Positions 1 through 11,331 of a stretch of DNA of 64,000 nt are shown piece after piece. The DNA is taken from NCBI GenBank assembly GCA_009928785.1, contig SABY01000006.1, positions 1,930 to 65,929 of the forward strand. The letters run 5' to 3'. The stretch's first letter is position 1; each line of letters begins with the position of its first letter. This stretch comes from Clostridia bacterium. GTDB taxonomy: Bacteria > Bacteroidota > Bacteroidia > Bacteroidales > 4484-276. The notes beneath the pieces were generated by a model. It was not told the DNA's origin, did no database searches, and saw only the letters and a list, made by a program, of their open reading frames with translations. Position numbers and translations under genes: made by a program.

Positions 1-87
1 GTAGCTGTTCAATTTACCATGCCCATAAAATTTGCGCTGGGTACTGACAAAGATCAGAAAGAAGAAAATGCTGCCCCTGAAAAATAA
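1..87 (+). CDS. 3' end of an unidentified CDS entering from upstream of the window (partial)
   Basis: Frame 1 is open from base 1 to TAA at 85-87 and is followed by a hairpin plus T-run at 141-176. It is too short to identify. Confidence 0.3.
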   Translation, partial: VAVQFTMPIKFALGTDKDQKEENAAPEK

Positions 88-140
88 TCATTTCGATAAA
101 GTTTATTAGGGCGAAAGACCCTGGTAATCTATTTTTGCGT

Positions 141-176
141 AAGCCTGCTCAACAAATCAGCAGGCTTTCGTGTTTT
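141..176 (+). terminator. Rho-independent terminator candidate
   Basis: AAGCCTGCT (141-149) pairs with AGCAGGCTT (159-167), followed by TCGTGTTTT. Confidence 0.5.
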
Positions 177-201
177 AGAGCCAATCACAAAACATATTAT
201 T

Positions 202-1065
202 ATGAAAAATAAAACAACAATCTTTCTTTTCGCTTTCGCAATGGCTTTGATTTTCAGCGGGAGTTCAGCTATCGGACAAGCAACTGCCTCCGAAAAAGTA
301 AAGCAACTGTGGGCTACCGATCCGGTTTTTTTGGTGCCTGAATCGGTGTATTACGACGAAAACAATCAGGTTTTGTATGTTGCTAATATCAACGGAAAGC
401 CTACCGATAAAGATTCTAACGGTTTCATTTCGGCAATGGAGCCTGATGGCCGCATCACCCGCCTGGAGTGGGTTACCGGGCTGCATGCACCCAAAGGTAT
501 GGCCATGCTCGACGGCAGACTTTATGTTGCCGACGTCGATCGGGTAGCGGAAATCGACATTGAAAAACGTACTGTCGTGAAGTTTTATGAAGCTGCTGAG
601 ACTGAGTTTTTGAACGATTGTATCGTCGGCGACGAAGGACGGATTTATATAACCGATATGAAGACAGGCGCTGTGCACCGGATTGTTGACGGCGAAATTG
701 AAACATGGTTCCCGGCAGGTACTTTTGATAATCCCAACGGAATCAACTACCGCAATGGCTTTATTTATCTGGGTACTAAGGGGAAGATTATCCGCATCGA
801 TCCGTCAGATAAATCACAAACGATAATCGCCGAATTCGATGGTGGTGTGGACGGATTGGAAATAGATAAGGAGGGGAACTTTATCTTTTCGGATTGGAGT
901 GGCCTTGTGCGTCGTGTAGCGCCTGGTGGCAAGCCGGAAGTTCTTTTCAATACCACCGACCAAAAAGTAAATGCCGCCGACATCCATCTGATGACTGACA
1001 AAAATATTCTTCTCGTTCCAACCTTTTTCGACAACCGTGTGGTGGCTTATCAGATTTTAAAATAA
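202..1065 (+). CDS. Secreted beta-propeller-like protein (SMP-30/gluconolactonase/LRE- or NHL-like fold), function unknown
   Basis: N-terminal signal peptide (MKNKTTIFLFAFAMALIFSGSSAIGQ). Repeated short strand motifs ending in D/G (LYVANING, LYVADVD, IYITDMKTG, IYLGTKG, NFIFSDWSG) are typical of six-bladed propellers. The family call is by eye only. Confidence 0.45.
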   Translation: MKNKTTIFLFAFAMALIFSGSSAIGQATASEKVKQLWATDPVFLVPESVYYDENNQVLYVANINGKPTDKDSNGFISAMEPDGRITRLEWVTGLHAPKGMAMLDGRLYVADVDRVAEIDIEKRTVVKFYEAAETEFLNDCIVGDEGRIYITDMKTGAVHRIVDGEIETWFPAGTFDNPNGINYRNGFIYLGTKGKIIRIDPSDKSQTIIAEFDGGVDGLEIDKEGNFIFSDWSGLVRRVAPGGKPEVLFNTTDQKVNAADIHLMTDKNILLVPTFFDNRVVAYQILK

Positions 1066-1429
1066 TCAATAGAAGTTTTCGGGATAGGGGAGAAGTTGTC
1101 GGGTTGTAAAGTTGTCGGGTTAGCGGATATTTCCTGGTTCGCAGCCCCGAAGAGGATGCAATCGTTGTTTGAAATATGACGCGGGTTTGTATGCTTAAGA
1201 AAATCGTATTAGATATTTAGGGTTGCCATCTCTTTCAGGGCTTGCATCCCTCGCACTCAATGTTCAATTTCTGAGACCAGTCTAAAAAGCCGTAGATCCC
1301 CTAATTCCCCTAAAGGGAACCAGTTCAAACTACTGATTTTTTGTACTTCTTACGCAGGCTGGCGGATCAGAGGTAAAAAGGACTAAAAAACAGAAGATTT
1401 TGGGTTTTTCAATTAAACTCATTTCTACA

Positions 1430-1485
1430 TTCTACCCTCTAACTTCTACCCTCTAACTTCTACCCTCTAACTTCTTTCCTCTAAC
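1430..1485. repeat. 14-bp tandem repeat TTCTACCCTCTAAC, 3 exact copies plus 1 degenerate
   Basis: Exact copies at 1430-1443, 1444-1457 and 1458-1471; degenerate copy at 1472-1485. It overlaps the stop and last codons of the minus-strand reductase ORF. Confidence 0.9.
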
Positions 1486-2529
1486 CTCTTCTTTTTCGAT
1501 CATCTGCCTAAAAAAATCCACCACCGACACCTGCGCCGGGCGATAGGACATGCTTAGCTCCTCAATGCTTTTGGTGTTGTCGGCGCGGAAGGGATAACCC
1601 ATATTGTGGCTGATCATTTTTCGGGAAAACCCAGCCAGAGGCCCGATGAGCCATAGGAGCAACTTCGGGATTTTTCGTGTGGGAAAAGGATAGGCATTAC
1701 CATAAATATCCCGCAGCATCTTTGATATTTCCAATATGCTGGAGTTATGGCCGGAGATGATATAGCGGCCTTCGGCGGTGGGAGTGAAGCCGGCGGCAAA
1801 ATGTGCCTGTGCCACGTCGCGCACATCCACTATTCCAATTTCAAAATCTGGTGCGCCCATTTTCATGGTGCCGTCGCCCAGTTGTTTTATAATGTTAAAA
1901 CTCTCAGAAGTTATTTCGGGGCTGATTCCGGGACCCATCACCAGCGAAGGATTTATTACCACCAAATCCCAGCGCTGCTGCAGATTTTGAATTTTCCAGG
2001 CTTCTTTCTCTGCTATAGTTTTGGAGTAACTGTAAGGCTGATGTTGCAACGAAGAGGTTGTGTTCCAGGATTCTTCGGTAACGATTTGATCGGGCAATTC
2101 GAGCAGGTCCTTGTTATCGCCGTACATAGCTGCCACGCTGCTGGTAAGCACCACGCGTTTTACCGACGCAGTTTTGTTCACTGAGCTCAAGATGTTGCGG
2201 GTTCCTTTTAGCGCGGGGTCTATCAGATCGCGTTGCGCATCTTTTACACTCAAAACAAACGGTGAAGCGGTGTGAAACACCAACGTACATCCCTGCATGG
2301 CCTCATCGTAGGAACCTTCGTGCAGCAGGTCGGCTTCAAAATAGCGGAGCGTTCCTGGCGCTAAAGCAGCCAGCCTGTCGAGATATTGCGTTTTATTTTT
2401 ATCGTTTGGATTGCGAATGGGCGCATGAACAGTAAACCCTTTGTCGAGCAGAAGTTTTACCAACCAACCTGCTACATAACCCGTTGCGCCGGTGACCATG
2501 ACAGGCGTCTTTTTATCTATTTCTTTCAT
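1453..2529 (-). CDS. NAD(P)-dependent epimerase/dehydratase family oxidoreductase (dihydroflavonol/cinnamoyl-CoA reductase-like SDR)
   Basis: N-terminal Rossmann motif VTGATGYVAGWLV and extended-SDR YxxxK region (YSYSKTIAEK). The C-terminal tail (RGKKLEGRS) is encoded by the tandem repeat. Confidence 0.8.
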   Translation of the reverse strand: MKEIDKKTPVMVTGATGYVAGWLVKLLLDKGFTVHAPIRNPNDKNKTQYLDRLAALAPGTLRYFEADLLHEGSYDEAMQGCTLVFHTASPFVLSVKDAQRDLIDPALKGTRNILSSVNKTASVKRVVLTSSVAAMYGDNKDLLELPDQIVTEESWNTTSSLQHQPYSYSKTIAEKEAWKIQNLQQRWDLVVINPSLVMGPGISPEITSESFNIIKQLGDGTMKMGAPDFEIGIVDVRDVAQAHFAAGFTPTAEGRYIISGHNSSILEISKMLRDIYGNAYPFPTRKIPKLLLWLIGPLAGFSRKMISHNMGYPFRADNTKSIEELSMSYRPAQVSVVDFFRQMIEKEEVRGKKLEGRS

Positions 2530-2618
2530 CTTTTTTTTTGTTTATCAAATGTCGTCCCTTAAAGCATCGGCCAGCCTCCTTTGTTCATTTGGCTATCTTT
2601 GCAGCTTATTTTCATTTT

Positions 2619-3857
2619 ATGAAATTCGATCAATACAACATCCATGAGGGTATCAAAACCAGTTTGTCGAAGCTGGAATTTAAAAAACCCACCGACATAC
2701 AATATAAGTCGATACCTGCCATTCTGAAAGGGGAGGACGTGCTGGCGATAGCGCAGACAGGCACCGGAAAAACGGCTGCCTTTGCCATTCCTGTTTTGCA
2801 TTTGCTGCAAAGCCGTAGGATTTCCGGCAGGCCGGATGGTGTAAAATGTTTGGTAATGGCGCCCACGCATGAATTGGCGCTGCAAATCACCAATGTTTTT
2901 ACCACACTTGGCAAGCATACACGCGTCAGCACTTTTTGCATTCATGGTGGAGTAGATCAGCAGCCACAGATCGACACGCTGAATGAAGGCGTGGATGTGC
3001 TGGTAGCAACGCCCGGGCGCATGTTCGATCTGGTAAGCCAGGGCGCACTGCGGCTAAGCCGTGTGGAAATACTTGTACTCGACGAGGCCGACCACATGCT
3101 CGACATGGGTTTTATCAAAGATATCCGTGACCTGATGCGTCTGCTGCCCAAAAAACGTCAGACACTGTTTTTCTCCGCCACCATCAACGAAACCATCAAA
3201 GACCTGGCTTACTCGCTGGTGGTAAACCCGATACGCATTCAGATTTCGCCAAAAGACCCTGTGGCCAAAAACATTGAGCACGGGGTGGCCTTTGTGGAAA
3301 TGGACGACAAAAGGTTTTTTCTCGAAGATTTTATCCGTCAGAATCCTGATAAGAAAATGCTTGTTTTTGTTCGGACAAAAGTGCGCGCCGAGCGTGTTAA
3401 AGCCGCCATGGAACGCATCGGTATTGCAACGGAAACCATACACAGCGACAAAGAGCAGTCGGTGCGCGAGCTGACCATGAAAAACTTCAGAGCCGGCGAC
3501 CTCAAAATTCTTATCGCCACCGATGTGAGCGCCCGTGGCATAGATATTCCCAACGTAGAATTTGTTATCAACTACGATTTGCCCGACAGCGCCGAACAAT
3601 ATGTGCATCGTGTGGGTCGCACGGGACGCGGTACTGCCAAAGGTCAAGCCATTGCTTTTTGCAGCAGCGAAGAAAAACCCATGCTCGACGAAATTGAAGC
3701 ATCGCTCGGAAAACCAATTCATCGCATTGTGATGACCGGAAAGGAATATCACGAAGTGTTGCTTGAAGCAAAAACCCCAACCAACGATTGGCGCGCTTTG
3801 TTGGCTGAAGACGATACAATCGTTGAGAATAACAAAAAGAAACCAAAGAAAAAATGA
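2619..3857 (+). CDS. rhlE: DEAD-box ATP-dependent RNA helicase (RhlE-like)
   Basis: Q-motif region, Walker A AQTGTGKT, DEAD box (VLDEAD), SAT, HRVGRTGR, and a Lys-rich C-terminal tail. I prefer the ATG at 2619 (MKFDQYN...) over the TTG at 2538, which abuts the divergent upstream gene. Confidence 0.9.
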   Translation: MKFDQYNIHEGIKTSLSKLEFKKPTDIQYKSIPAILKGEDVLAIAQTGTGKTAAFAIPVLHLLQSRRISGRPDGVKCLVMAPTHELALQITNVFTTLGKHTRVSTFCIHGGVDQQPQIDTLNEGVDVLVATPGRMFDLVSQGALRLSRVEILVLDEADHMLDMGFIKDIRDLMRLLPKKRQTLFFSATINETIKDLAYSLVVNPIRIQISPKDPVAKNIEHGVAFVEMDDKRFFLEDFIRQNPDKKMLVFVRTKVRAERVKAAMERIGIATETIHSDKEQSVRELTMKNFRAGDLKILIATDVSARGIDIPNVEFVINYDLPDSAEQYVHRVGRTGRGTAKGQAIAFCSSEEKPMLDEIEASLGKPIHRIVMTGKEYHEVLLEAKTPTNDWRALLAEDDTIVENNKKKPKKK

Positions 3858-4089
3858 GATTCTACACGTTGCGCAGTTGATCTTTCGATTAATGTCGGGC
3901 TCTTTTTATCAATCCCAATCCAAAGCTTATTCCTATAACAAACGATCATTTTGCAAATTGCAAATAGTCCGATAATTAATATTATGTTAAATGGCAGTTT
4001 CTGGTACCTTCCTCTTTCAACTTCAATACTGCAGCCTTAACATGAAATTTATTGGCTCTGAAATAAAATTGTGAGGCTATTTAATCAAT

Positions 4090-4147
4090 AACACCGGCCT
4101 TTAGGCCGGTGTATAATTGGTGAGAATAATTCAGTGGGCTTTAGCCC
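4090..4147. repeat. Two REP-like short palindromes
   Basis: ACACCGGCC-TTTA-GGCCGGTGT at 4090-4111 and CAGTGGGC-TTTA-GCCCA at 4131-4147. Neither has a following T-run. The second recurs in inverted orientation at 30206-30224. Confidence 0.6.
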
Positions 4148-4194
4148 AAATAAAGTTGTTGCGGATAATTATCCTGAAAAATACTTTGAGAGGC

Positions 4195-4488
4195 TTATGT
4201 GTTCAGCCTCTCATTGATGCCCTTCACTTTTTCGGAATCGTGGGTCATTGTATAAACCTGGCGAAGCATCGAAAGGTTATCGCGGTTATCGGGCTTAATC
4301 TGGTCGGCTTTTTCGAGATGTTCAGCCGAGTGTTGCAACCATTGTGTTACTGAAGGGTCTGTGCTGCCACCACCCTTTGCAGCTTGCTCATAATAGAGTT
4401 TTCCCAACGCGTAATGCGGCTCAAATTGTGACGGAGTTTTTTCGATTTGTTTCTGGTAATGAATGCGTTTCTCTTCAAAAGTTTCCAT
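4195..4488 (-). CDS. Small TPR-like protein, partial paralog of the downstream TPR gene
   Basis: 97 aa. The C-terminus ...SEKVKGINERLNT parallels ...MDKVKGVNERLNN of the 379-aa neighbour, and it has helical-repeat composition. Confidence 0.5.
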   Translation of the reverse strand: METFEEKRIHYQKQIEKTPSQFEPHYALGKLYYEQAAKGGGSTDPSVTQWLQHSAEHLEKADQIKPDNRDNLSMLRQVYTMTHDSEKVKGINERLNT

Positions 4489-4582
4489 GATGTCGGTTTT
4501 TACAGTTATTAATAAAAAAATGGAGAGAATCGTTGACTGATCTCTCCATTTCGATTTTCTGTCTGTAAAACAGAATTTACTT

Positions 4583-5722
4583 TTAATTGTTCAGGCGCTC
4601 GTTCACACCTTTTACCTTATCCATCATACCCAGGCGGGTATAAATCTCCTTTAGGGTTTGCAAGGTTATCTGATCACTCTCCTGGATCGAGTCAGCTTTT
4701 TCGAGATATGGCAAAGCCTTCTGCATCATCACCTTACCCTCATCCATCATCTGGTCGTATTTGGCTGTTTCGTTGAGTGGTAAATTTCCGGCTTCGGTAA
4801 TCCTTTCGACTGCTTTATTGAAGTAAAGCGCTCCGAGGTTGTAGTTGGCATCGAAATAATTGGGGTCGGTTTCGATGGCGCTCACGTACATATCGCGTGC
4901 TTTTTCAAAATTGCCCATTTTATCGTAGATAGTTCCGGCAGCAAAAAACAGCGACGGATTGGTTTTGTCTTTTACGATGGCGAGATTCAGAACATCCAAT
5001 GCTTCCTGACTTTGGCCCGTAGCAAGATACAAATTGGCAGCATCAATGATCAGGCTATAATCTTCCGGAAATATCTGCCGGCCTTCGTTGATAACTACTA
5101 TGGCTGCAGATGTATCGCCCTCCACTTTATAAACGCTGGCCAGGATGCTGTAAATAGCAGGGTCACCGTACTTTAGCGCTTTTACCTGGTTCATGTAGAT
5201 GCGGGCAGTTTCGTAGTCCTTAGCAAGGTAGGCGCTTTGCCCTGCATAAAATGCTGAAACAGTGTCGATGGTGCCCACTTCCTGGCGAATTGTGGCTGCT
5301 TTGGCAAAAGCATCGGCAGCAGCTTTGTAATCCTGTTCGTTGTATTTGGACACTGCTTTATTAAAATACTGTTCGGAGCACACCTGAATTCTGTCTTCAA
5401 CCTGGTCGGAATATTCGTTTTTGGTGTCAAGCTCAAGGGATTTCGTGTAGGCTTCAAAAGCTTTCTCCAAAGGATTGGGATCGAGATTTTTATACTCCTC
5501 CTCTTCAGTCAATTGTATAGATAAATACACATTACCACGGTAAAACCAGGTTTTGGCATCGTCCATAGTTTTGGAATGTTCGGTGGCCTTGTCGATGGCT
5601 TCTTTTGCTTTGTCGAGTTTGCCACGGTTCAGGTAATTGTAGGCAGCCACAACGTTGTTGGGCTGCGCATAAACTCCTGAAAAAGCCATGACTGAAATTA
5701 ATAACACTGCGATTTTTTTCAT
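4583..5722 (-). CDS. Secreted tetratricopeptide (TPR) repeat protein
   Basis: Signal peptide MKKIAVLLISVMAFSGVYAQ. Repeated A/Y/F-rich 34-aa helical motifs (WFYRGNVY, AFEAYTKSLELD, YNLGALYFNKA). Confidence 0.7.
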   Translation of the reverse strand: MKKIAVLLISVMAFSGVYAQPNNVVAAYNYLNRGKLDKAKEAIDKATEHSKTMDDAKTWFYRGNVYLSIQLTEEEEYKNLDPNPLEKAFEAYTKSLELDTKNEYSDQVEDRIQVCSEQYFNKAVSKYNEQDYKAAADAFAKAATIRQEVGTIDTVSAFYAGQSAYLAKDYETARIYMNQVKALKYGDPAIYSILASVYKVEGDTSAAIVVINEGRQIFPEDYSLIIDAANLYLATGQSQEALDVLNLAIVKDKTNPSLFFAAGTIYDKMGNFEKARDMYVSAIETDPNYFDANYNLGALYFNKAVERITEAGNLPLNETAKYDQMMDEGKVMMQKALPYLEKADSIQESDQITLQTLKEIYTRLGMMDKVKGVNERLNN

Positions 5723-5822
5723 TTTCCTGCGAAGTTTAGTTTGTTAAAATTTATTTTGTTTTCAATAGTCATGCCATAAAGAATATCCTTTTTGGCTAAC
5801 CGCTATTTATTAAAATGGTTGA

Positions 5823-8360
5823 TTATTCTTCTGATGGTGTTTGTTGCTCATCGTCGGCTACAACGTTTTCATCATTGTTTTCAATATCCTCAGCAATGAT
5901 TTCCTCTTCTTCTTCCCGTGCCACATTAGCCACGGCAGCTATGGCATCCTCGTCGCGAAGATTGATCAAACGCACGCCCTGGGTGGCACGACCCATCACG
6001 CGCAGCTCGCTCACGGCCAAGCGTATGGTTAGTCCTGATTTGTTGATAATCATCAGGTCTTCGTTATCTGTTACGTTCTTGATGGCGATGAGCCCTCCGG
6101 TTTTCTCGGTGATGTTGAGCGTTTTCACTCCTTTGCCACCGCGGTTTGTCACGCGATAGTCTTCGAGTTTAGATCGTTTTCCATAGCCATTTTCCGAAAC
6201 CACCAACACGTCATATTCAGTAGTTTCCAGGCAGATCATCCCTACCACAGCATCGTTTGCATGCGCCAGCGTAATGCCTCTCACCCCGCTGGTATTGCGA
6301 CCCATCGGGCGAACTTTTTTCTCGTTGAAACGGATGGCGCGTCCCGACTGCAAAGCGATGATGATTTCGTTTTCACCATTGGTCATGCGTGCTTCAAGCA
6401 GTGCATCACCTTCGCGCACTATAATGGCATTGATACCATTTTGGCGTGGCCGCGAATAATCTTTGAGACTGGTTTTTTTGATGATACCACGCACAGTAAC
6501 CATCGTAATGTAATTGCTATTTACGTAGTCTTCATCTTTCAGGTCTTTGGTGTTGATGAAAGCTTTGATTTTATCTTCCGATGAGATATTGATCAGGTTT
6601 TGCACGGCTCTGCCTTTGGAGTGGCGTGTACCTTCCGGAATTTCAAAAACCCGTAGCCAGAAGCATTTTCCACTTTCGGTAAAAAACAGCATATAGTCGT
6701 GGTTGGAAGCTACAAACAGGTGTTCAAGGAAATCCTCGTTTCGAACCGCCGAAGCTTTCGAGCCGCGCCCTCCCCTGCCCTGCACTTTATATTCGGTGAG
6801 TGCAGTGCGTTTCATGTAGCCCATGTGCGAAATAGTTACCACCACCTCGTCGTTGGGAATAGTATCTTCAATGCGGAAGTCGCTGGCGGCATATTCGATG
6901 CGGGTACGTCGTTCGTCTTTGTATTTTTCTTTTATCTCAATAAGCTCATTTTTTATCAACTCCATGCGCATTTCTTCATTATCGAGCAAGAGCTTGAAGT
7001 AGGTAATGCGCTCCATCAGGGCGTTGTAGTCCTCTTTTATCTTGTCGCGCTCAAGGCCGGTAAGACGCTGCAAACGCATTTCAAGGATGGCCTTGGCCTG
7101 CACATCTGTCAGTTCGAAGCTGGTCATCAGACCATTTTTTGCTTCGTCGGGAGTTCGCGATTGGCGGATCAGTGTGATTACTTCGTCGAGATGATCCAGT
7201 GCGATGAGCAAGCCTTCGAGGATATGCGCACGTTTCTCGGCTTCGCGCAGATCGTATTGGGTGCGCCGCACTACCACCTCATGACGATGATCCACAAAAT
7301 GCCGGATCATATCTTTCAGGTTGAGCTGCATAGGCCGGCCTTTAACCAACGCGATATTATTGACGCTGAATGAAGTCTGCAAAGCTGTTTGCTGATAGAG
7401 CTTGTTGAGCACCACATTGGTAACGGCGTCTCTTTTCAGTTCATAAACGATACGAATGCCGTTGCGGTCGGATTCATCCCGGATATCCGTTATTCCTTCT
7501 ATTTTTTTATCATTCACCAGATCAGCCGTCTTTTTGATCATCTCCGCCTTGTTCACCTGAAAAGGGATAGAGGTGACAATAATTTGGTCGCGACCGCTAT
7601 TAGTGGTTTCTATAATGGCTTCGCCTCTGACAACCACTCGTCCCCGGCCTGTCAAAAAGGCTTCTCTTACTCCATCGTAGCCATAGATAATGCCGCCTGT
7701 AGGGAAATCAGGAGCTTTAACATATTTCATCAACTCTTCTATGGTGATTTCGCGGTTGTTGATGTAAGCAATTGTACCATCCACTACTTCTCCCAGATGG
7801 TGCGGTGGCATGTTGGTAGCCATCCCTACGGCAATACCCGAAGCGCCGTTGATAAGCAAGTTGGGGACTTTGGCAGGTAGCACTGTGGGTTCTTCGAGCG
7901 AATCGTCAAAGTTGAGCTGAAAATCGACAGTTTCTTTGTTGATATCTTCCAGCATCTCTTCTGCTATTTTACGCAGTCGCGCTTCGGTGTAACGCATAGC
8001 TGCCGGACTATCGTTGTCGATAGAGCCAAAGTTTCCCTGCCCGTCGATGAGTGGATAGCGCAGCGACCATTCTTGCGCCATGCGCACCATGGCGTCGTAA
8101 ACCGATGAGTCGCCGTGGGGGTGATACTTACCCAGCACCTCCCCTACTATTCTGGCTGATTTCTTAAATGACCTGCTGGAAAGTATGCCCAGATCGAGCA
8201 TACCAAATAAAATGCGGCGATGAACAGGTTTTAATCCATCACGAACATCGGGCAATGCCCGTGAAACAATTACCGACATCGAATAATCGATGTAGGCCGC
8301 TTTCATTTGATTTTCAATATTTACCCTAACTATTTTTTCGCCTTCCTGATTGTTTTCCAT
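5823..8360 (-). CDS. gyrA: DNA gyrase subunit A
   Basis: Canonical N-terminus ([27 protein letters not shown]), active-site Tyr motif [11 protein letters not shown]-terminal beta-pinwheel repeats and an acidic tail. Confidence 0.97.
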   Translation of the reverse strand: MENNQEGEKIVRVNIENQMKAAYIDYSMSVIVSRALPDVRDGLKPVHRRILFGMLDLGILSSRSFKKSARIVGEVLGKYHPHGDSSVYDAMVRMAQEWSLRYPLIDGQGNFGSIDNDSPAAMRYTEARLRKIAEEMLEDINKETVDFQLNFDDSLEEPTVLPAKVPNLLINGASGIAVGMATNMPPHHLGEVVDGTIAYINNREITIEELMKYVKAPDFPTGGIIYGYDGVREAFLTGRGRVVVRGEAIIETTNSGRDQIIVTSIPFQVNKAEMIKKTADLVNDKKIEGITDIRDESDRNGIRIVYELKRDAVTNVVLNKLYQQTALQTSFSVNNIALVKGRPMQLNLKDMIRHFVDHRHEVVVRRTQYDLREAEKRAHILEGLLIALDHLDEVITLIRQSRTPDEAKNGLMTSFELTDVQAKAILEMRLQRLTGLERDKIKEDYNALMERITYFKLLLDNEEMRMELIKNELIEIKEKYKDERRTRIEYAASDFRIEDTIPNDEVVVTISHMGYMKRTALTEYKVQGRGGRGSKASAVRNEDFLEHLFVASNHDYMLFFTESGKCFWLRVFEIPEGTRHSKGRAVQNLINISSEDKIKAFINTKDLKDEDYVNSNYITMVTVRGIIKKTSLKDYSRPRQNGINAIIVREGDALLEARMTNGENEIIIALQSGRAIRFNEKKVRPMGRNTSGVRGITLAHANDAVVGMICLETTEYDVLVVSENGYGKRSKLEDYRVTNRGGKGVKTLNITEKTGGLIAIKNVTDNEDLMIINKSGLTIRLAVSELRVMGRATQGVRLINLRDEDAIAAVANVAREEEEEIIAEDIENNDENVVADDEQQTPSEE

Positions 8361-8642
8361 CTACTAACTTATTCAATAATAATACTTTAATACAAAAGTG
8401 AAATGACCAGCAAAAGTAGGCTTTTTTATGATTGTCGGCTACAGCTAAATCTTTTATTAACTAACAACCCTTGTTGATAAAAACGGCGGTATGGTAACAC
8501 TTAGCATCATCAAAGAACCTTTACTTTTGTCGGATTATCATTAATGCATCTAAAAGTGCCGTCAGAAAACTATTTACTAATTGGAACGTTATTTGATTCG
8601 TACGCTATTTTTAAGAAATAATAAGGAAAGGAATTAAATATA

Positions 8643-11228
8643 ATGGAAGCAAAATTTTCACAACGTGTTAAGGATGTCCTTAACTACAGCCGGGAAGAAG
8701 CTTTACGTTTGGAGAACGATTATATAGGCGTTGAACATCTGATACTTGGCATATTACGCGAAGGCGAAGGGCTGGCAATACAAATATTAAATTATCTGGG
8801 TGTAGATTTAAAAACCTACCGAAGCACCATCGAGCAATCTATTGGTAAACAAGGTGCCGCAGTGAAGGGTGAGAAAAAGATGGTTAATCTCCCATTGGTA
8901 AAACAAGCCGAGCGTGCGCTGAAGCTAACCTATCTCGAAGCGAAGCTTTTTAATAGTGATCTTATTGGTACCGAGCACCTCCTATTGGCCATTTTAAAAG
9001 ATGAAGACAACATTGTGACACAAACTTTTGCCTCTTTAGGAGTAGATTATGAGAGTGTAAAAGAAGAGTTGCAGGCCATCATGACAGGCCATCATCCCGA
9101 CAAGGCTGAAGAGGGCAAGGCTGCTCAGAAGATGGACCCTGTGGACGAATTCCCAGGCTCGATGGATGACGACTTTGAAGAAGGACGTGGATTTGAAAAG
9201 CAAAGTAAAAAGCCGGGTGAAGCAAAATCAAAAACACCTGTGCTCGACAATTTTGGCCGCGACCTTACCAAAGCTGCCGAAGAAGACCGCCTTGATCCCA
9301 TCGTAGGTCGCGAAAAAGAACTCGAACGTATTGCTCAGATTCTGAGTCGGCGCAAGAAAAACAATCCCATACTTATTGGCGAACCGGGCGTTGGTAAAAG
9401 CGCCATAGCCGAAGGATTGGCTTCACGGATAGTGGAACGTAAAGTATCCCGCGCTTTGTTCAATAAGCGTATTATTACACTCGACCTGGCTTCGATTGTA
9501 GCTGGTACCAAATACCGGGGTCAATTTGAAGAACGCATGAAAGCTGTCCTGAACGAGTTGGAGAAAAATCCCGACATCATTATTTTTATCGACGAGATAC
9601 ACACCATCGTTGGTGCCGGTAATGCTTCAGGTTCGCTGGATGCATCCAATATGTTTAAGCCTGCACTGGCGCGTGGCGAAATACAGTGCATCGGGGCTAC
9701 TACCCTCGACGAATATCGCCAGTACATCGAAAAAGATGGTGCGCTGGAGCGCAGATTTCAAAAGGTTTTGGTGGATCCGACTACTGCCGAAGAAACCGCC
9801 ATCATCCTTAATAATATCAAAGAAAAATACGAGGATCATCACCTCGTAAAATATACCGATGATGCCATCAAAGCCTGTGTGCATCTTACCAACCGCTATA
9901 TCAGCGATCGTTATTTGCCCGATAAAGCCATCGACGCACTCGACGAAGCCGGCTCGCGCGTGCACATTACCAATATGCACGTGCCATCGCAAATCATTCA
10001 AATTGAAAGCCGAATAGAAGAGGTGAAAACTGAAAAGGCGAAAGCTATCGGCGGTCAGAAATTTGAGGAAGCAGCACGCTTCCGTGACCTGGAGCGCAAG
10101 CTGATGCAGGAGCTGGAACAGGAAAAGAAAAAATGGGAGGAAGAAGCGCGCATTAATCGTGAGGTAGTTTCTGAAGATAATGTGGCCGAAGTGGTGGCCA
10201 TGATGACAGGTATTCCCATCAAGCGAATTGCACAATCGGAGGGCAACCGCCTGGTGAAAATGGAATACGAGCTGCAGGATTCGGTGATAGGACAGGATGA
10301 AGCCATAAATAAAGTGGTGCGTTCGATACGCCGCAACCGTGCCGGGCTTAAAGACCCCAACAAGCCCATTGGGAGTTTTATCTTTTTGGGACCTACCGGC
10401 GTGGGTAAAACGCATCTGGCAAAAGTGCTGGCACGCTATCTTTTCGATACCGAGGAGGCGCTTATCCGCATCGACATGAGCGAGTACATGGAGAAATTTT
10501 CGGTATCGCGTCTGGTGGGCGCACCTCCGGGATATGTTGGCTACGAAGAAGGCGGCCAGCTTACCGAAAAAGTGCGACGCAAACCCTACTCGATCGTTCT
10601 ACTCGATGAGATAGAAAAAGCGCACCCCGACGTTTATCACCTGCTTCTTCAGGTGCTCGACGACGGAATAATTACCGACAGCCTGGGGCGCCGCATCGAC
10701 TTCAAAAACGCCATCATCATCATGACCTCCAACATCGGGTCGCGTCAGTTGAAAGATTTTGGGCTTGGCGTAGGTTTCAACACCTCGGCACGCGAAACGG
10801 CCAAAGGTAAGCACTCGCAAAGTGTGATCGAAAATGCGCTGAAGAAAACCTTTGCCCCCGAGTTTCTCAACCGTATCGACGACATCGTAATATTTGATGC
10901 GCTGGAGCGCGAAGACATTCACAAGATCATCGATATCGAGCTTGGCCATCTGTACAAACGCGTGAAAGAAATTGGTTACACAATCGAAATATCGGACAAA
11001 GCCAAAGATTTCATCGTCGAAAAAGGCTGGGATGCCCAATATGGTGCAAGGCCACTAAAAAGGGCTATACAGAAATATGTAGAAGACCCGCTGGCCGAAG
11101 AAATCATCAAGACCACACTCTCCGAAGGCGATCATATTATGATAGAATCGGAAGAAGGTAAAGAGGAGCTGAACATCGGCATCCGCAAGGAAGTGGCTGT
11201 AGAAAAGCAATTGCCTTCGGCAAATTAG
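8643..11228 (+). CDS. clpC: ATP-dependent Clp protease ATP-binding subunit, ClpC-type (two AAA+ modules)
   Basis: Clp_N repeats, Walker A GEPGVGKS and GPTGVGKT, a UVR-like linker ([14 protein letters not shown]), and the ClpB_D2-small end. Confidence 0.9.
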   Translation: MEAKFSQRVKDVLNYSREEALRLENDYIGVEHLILGILREGEGLAIQILNYLGVDLKTYRSTIEQSIGKQGAAVKGEKKMVNLPLVKQAERALKLTYLEAKLFNSDLIGTEHLLLAILKDEDNIVTQTFASLGVDYESVKEELQAIMTGHHPDKAEEGKAAQKMDPVDEFPGSMDDDFEEGRGFEKQSKKPGEAKSKTPVLDNFGRDLTKAAEEDRLDPIVGREKELERIAQILSRRKKNNPILIGEPGVGKSAIAEGLASRIVERKVSRALFNKRIITLDLASIVAGTKYRGQFEERMKAVLNELEKNPDIIIFIDEIHTIVGAGNASGSLDASNMFKPALARGEIQCIGATTLDEYRQYIEKDGALERRFQKVLVDPTTAEETAIILNNIKEKYEDHHLVKYTDDAIKACVHLTNRYISDRYLPDKAIDALDEAGSRVHITNMHVPSQIIQIESRIEEVKTEKAKAIGGQKFEEAARFRDLERKLMQELEQEKKKWEEEARINREVVSEDNVAEVVAMMTGIPIKRIAQSEGNRLVKMEYELQDSVIGQDEAINKVVRSIRRNRAGLKDPNKPIGSFIFLGPTGVGKTHLAKVLARYLFDTEEALIRIDMSEYMEKFSVSRLVGAPPGYVGYEEGGQLTEKVRRKPYSIVLLDEIEKAHPDVYHLLLQVLDDGIITDSLGRRIDFKNAIIIMTSNIGSRQLKDFGLGVGFNTSARETAKGKHSQSVIENALKKTFAPEFLNRIDDIVIFDALEREDIHKIIDIELGHLYKRVKEIGYTIEISDKAKDFIVEKGWDAQYGARPLKRAIQKYVEDPLAEEIIKTTLSEGDHIMIESEEGKEELNIGIRKEVAVEKQLPSAN

Positions 11229-11257
11229 GATTTTAGTAATTTATTGATAATAAAAAA

Positions 11258-11293
11258 CTGCACTGTTTCGGTTGAAACAGTGCAGTTTTTTTT
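11258..11293 (+). terminator. Rho-independent terminator after clpC
   Basis: CTGCACTGTTTC (11258-11269), GGTT loop, GAAACAGTGCAG (11274-11285), then T8. An A-run upstream makes it potentially bidirectional. Confidence 0.85.
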
Positions 11294-11331
11294 ATGGGAA
11301 ATCCCTGGCATGAATAGCGCGATAGCAAATT

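Noticed and set aside
1066-1452. Possible tRNA or small RNA gene in this gap. I also inspected the gaps at 3858-4194, 8361-8642, 22908-23100, 25015-25303 and 57589-58671.
   Set aside because: I could not trace a cloverleaf (acceptor stem plus a GTTCRANNC T-loop) or a known ncRNA signature by eye. A tRNAscan/Infernal run would be needed to be certain.
2538-2618. TTG start extending the DEAD-box helicase by 27 aa.
   Set aside because: The extension (MFIKCRPLKHRPASFVH...) abuts the divergent reductase gene's start and would leave no promoter space. The ATG at 2619 gives the normal helicase N-terminus.
4090-4111. The 9-bp-stem hairpin between rhlE and the small TPR gene as a bidirectional terminator.
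   Set aside because: There is no T-run on either side, and the same loop (TTTA) and style recur as REP-like units elsewhere.
9627-10415. 262-aa minus-strand ORF inside clpC. The same applies to similar antisense or alternate-frame ORFs at 3054-3752, 6699-7373, 25788-26438, 28682-29314, 36020-36649, 50098-51003 and 61348-61968.
   Set aside because: Each lies wholly within a confidently identified gene on the opposite strand or in another frame. Their composition is low-complexity or skewed and they carry no motifs. These are typical shadow ORFs, especially in the GC-rich RHS core.
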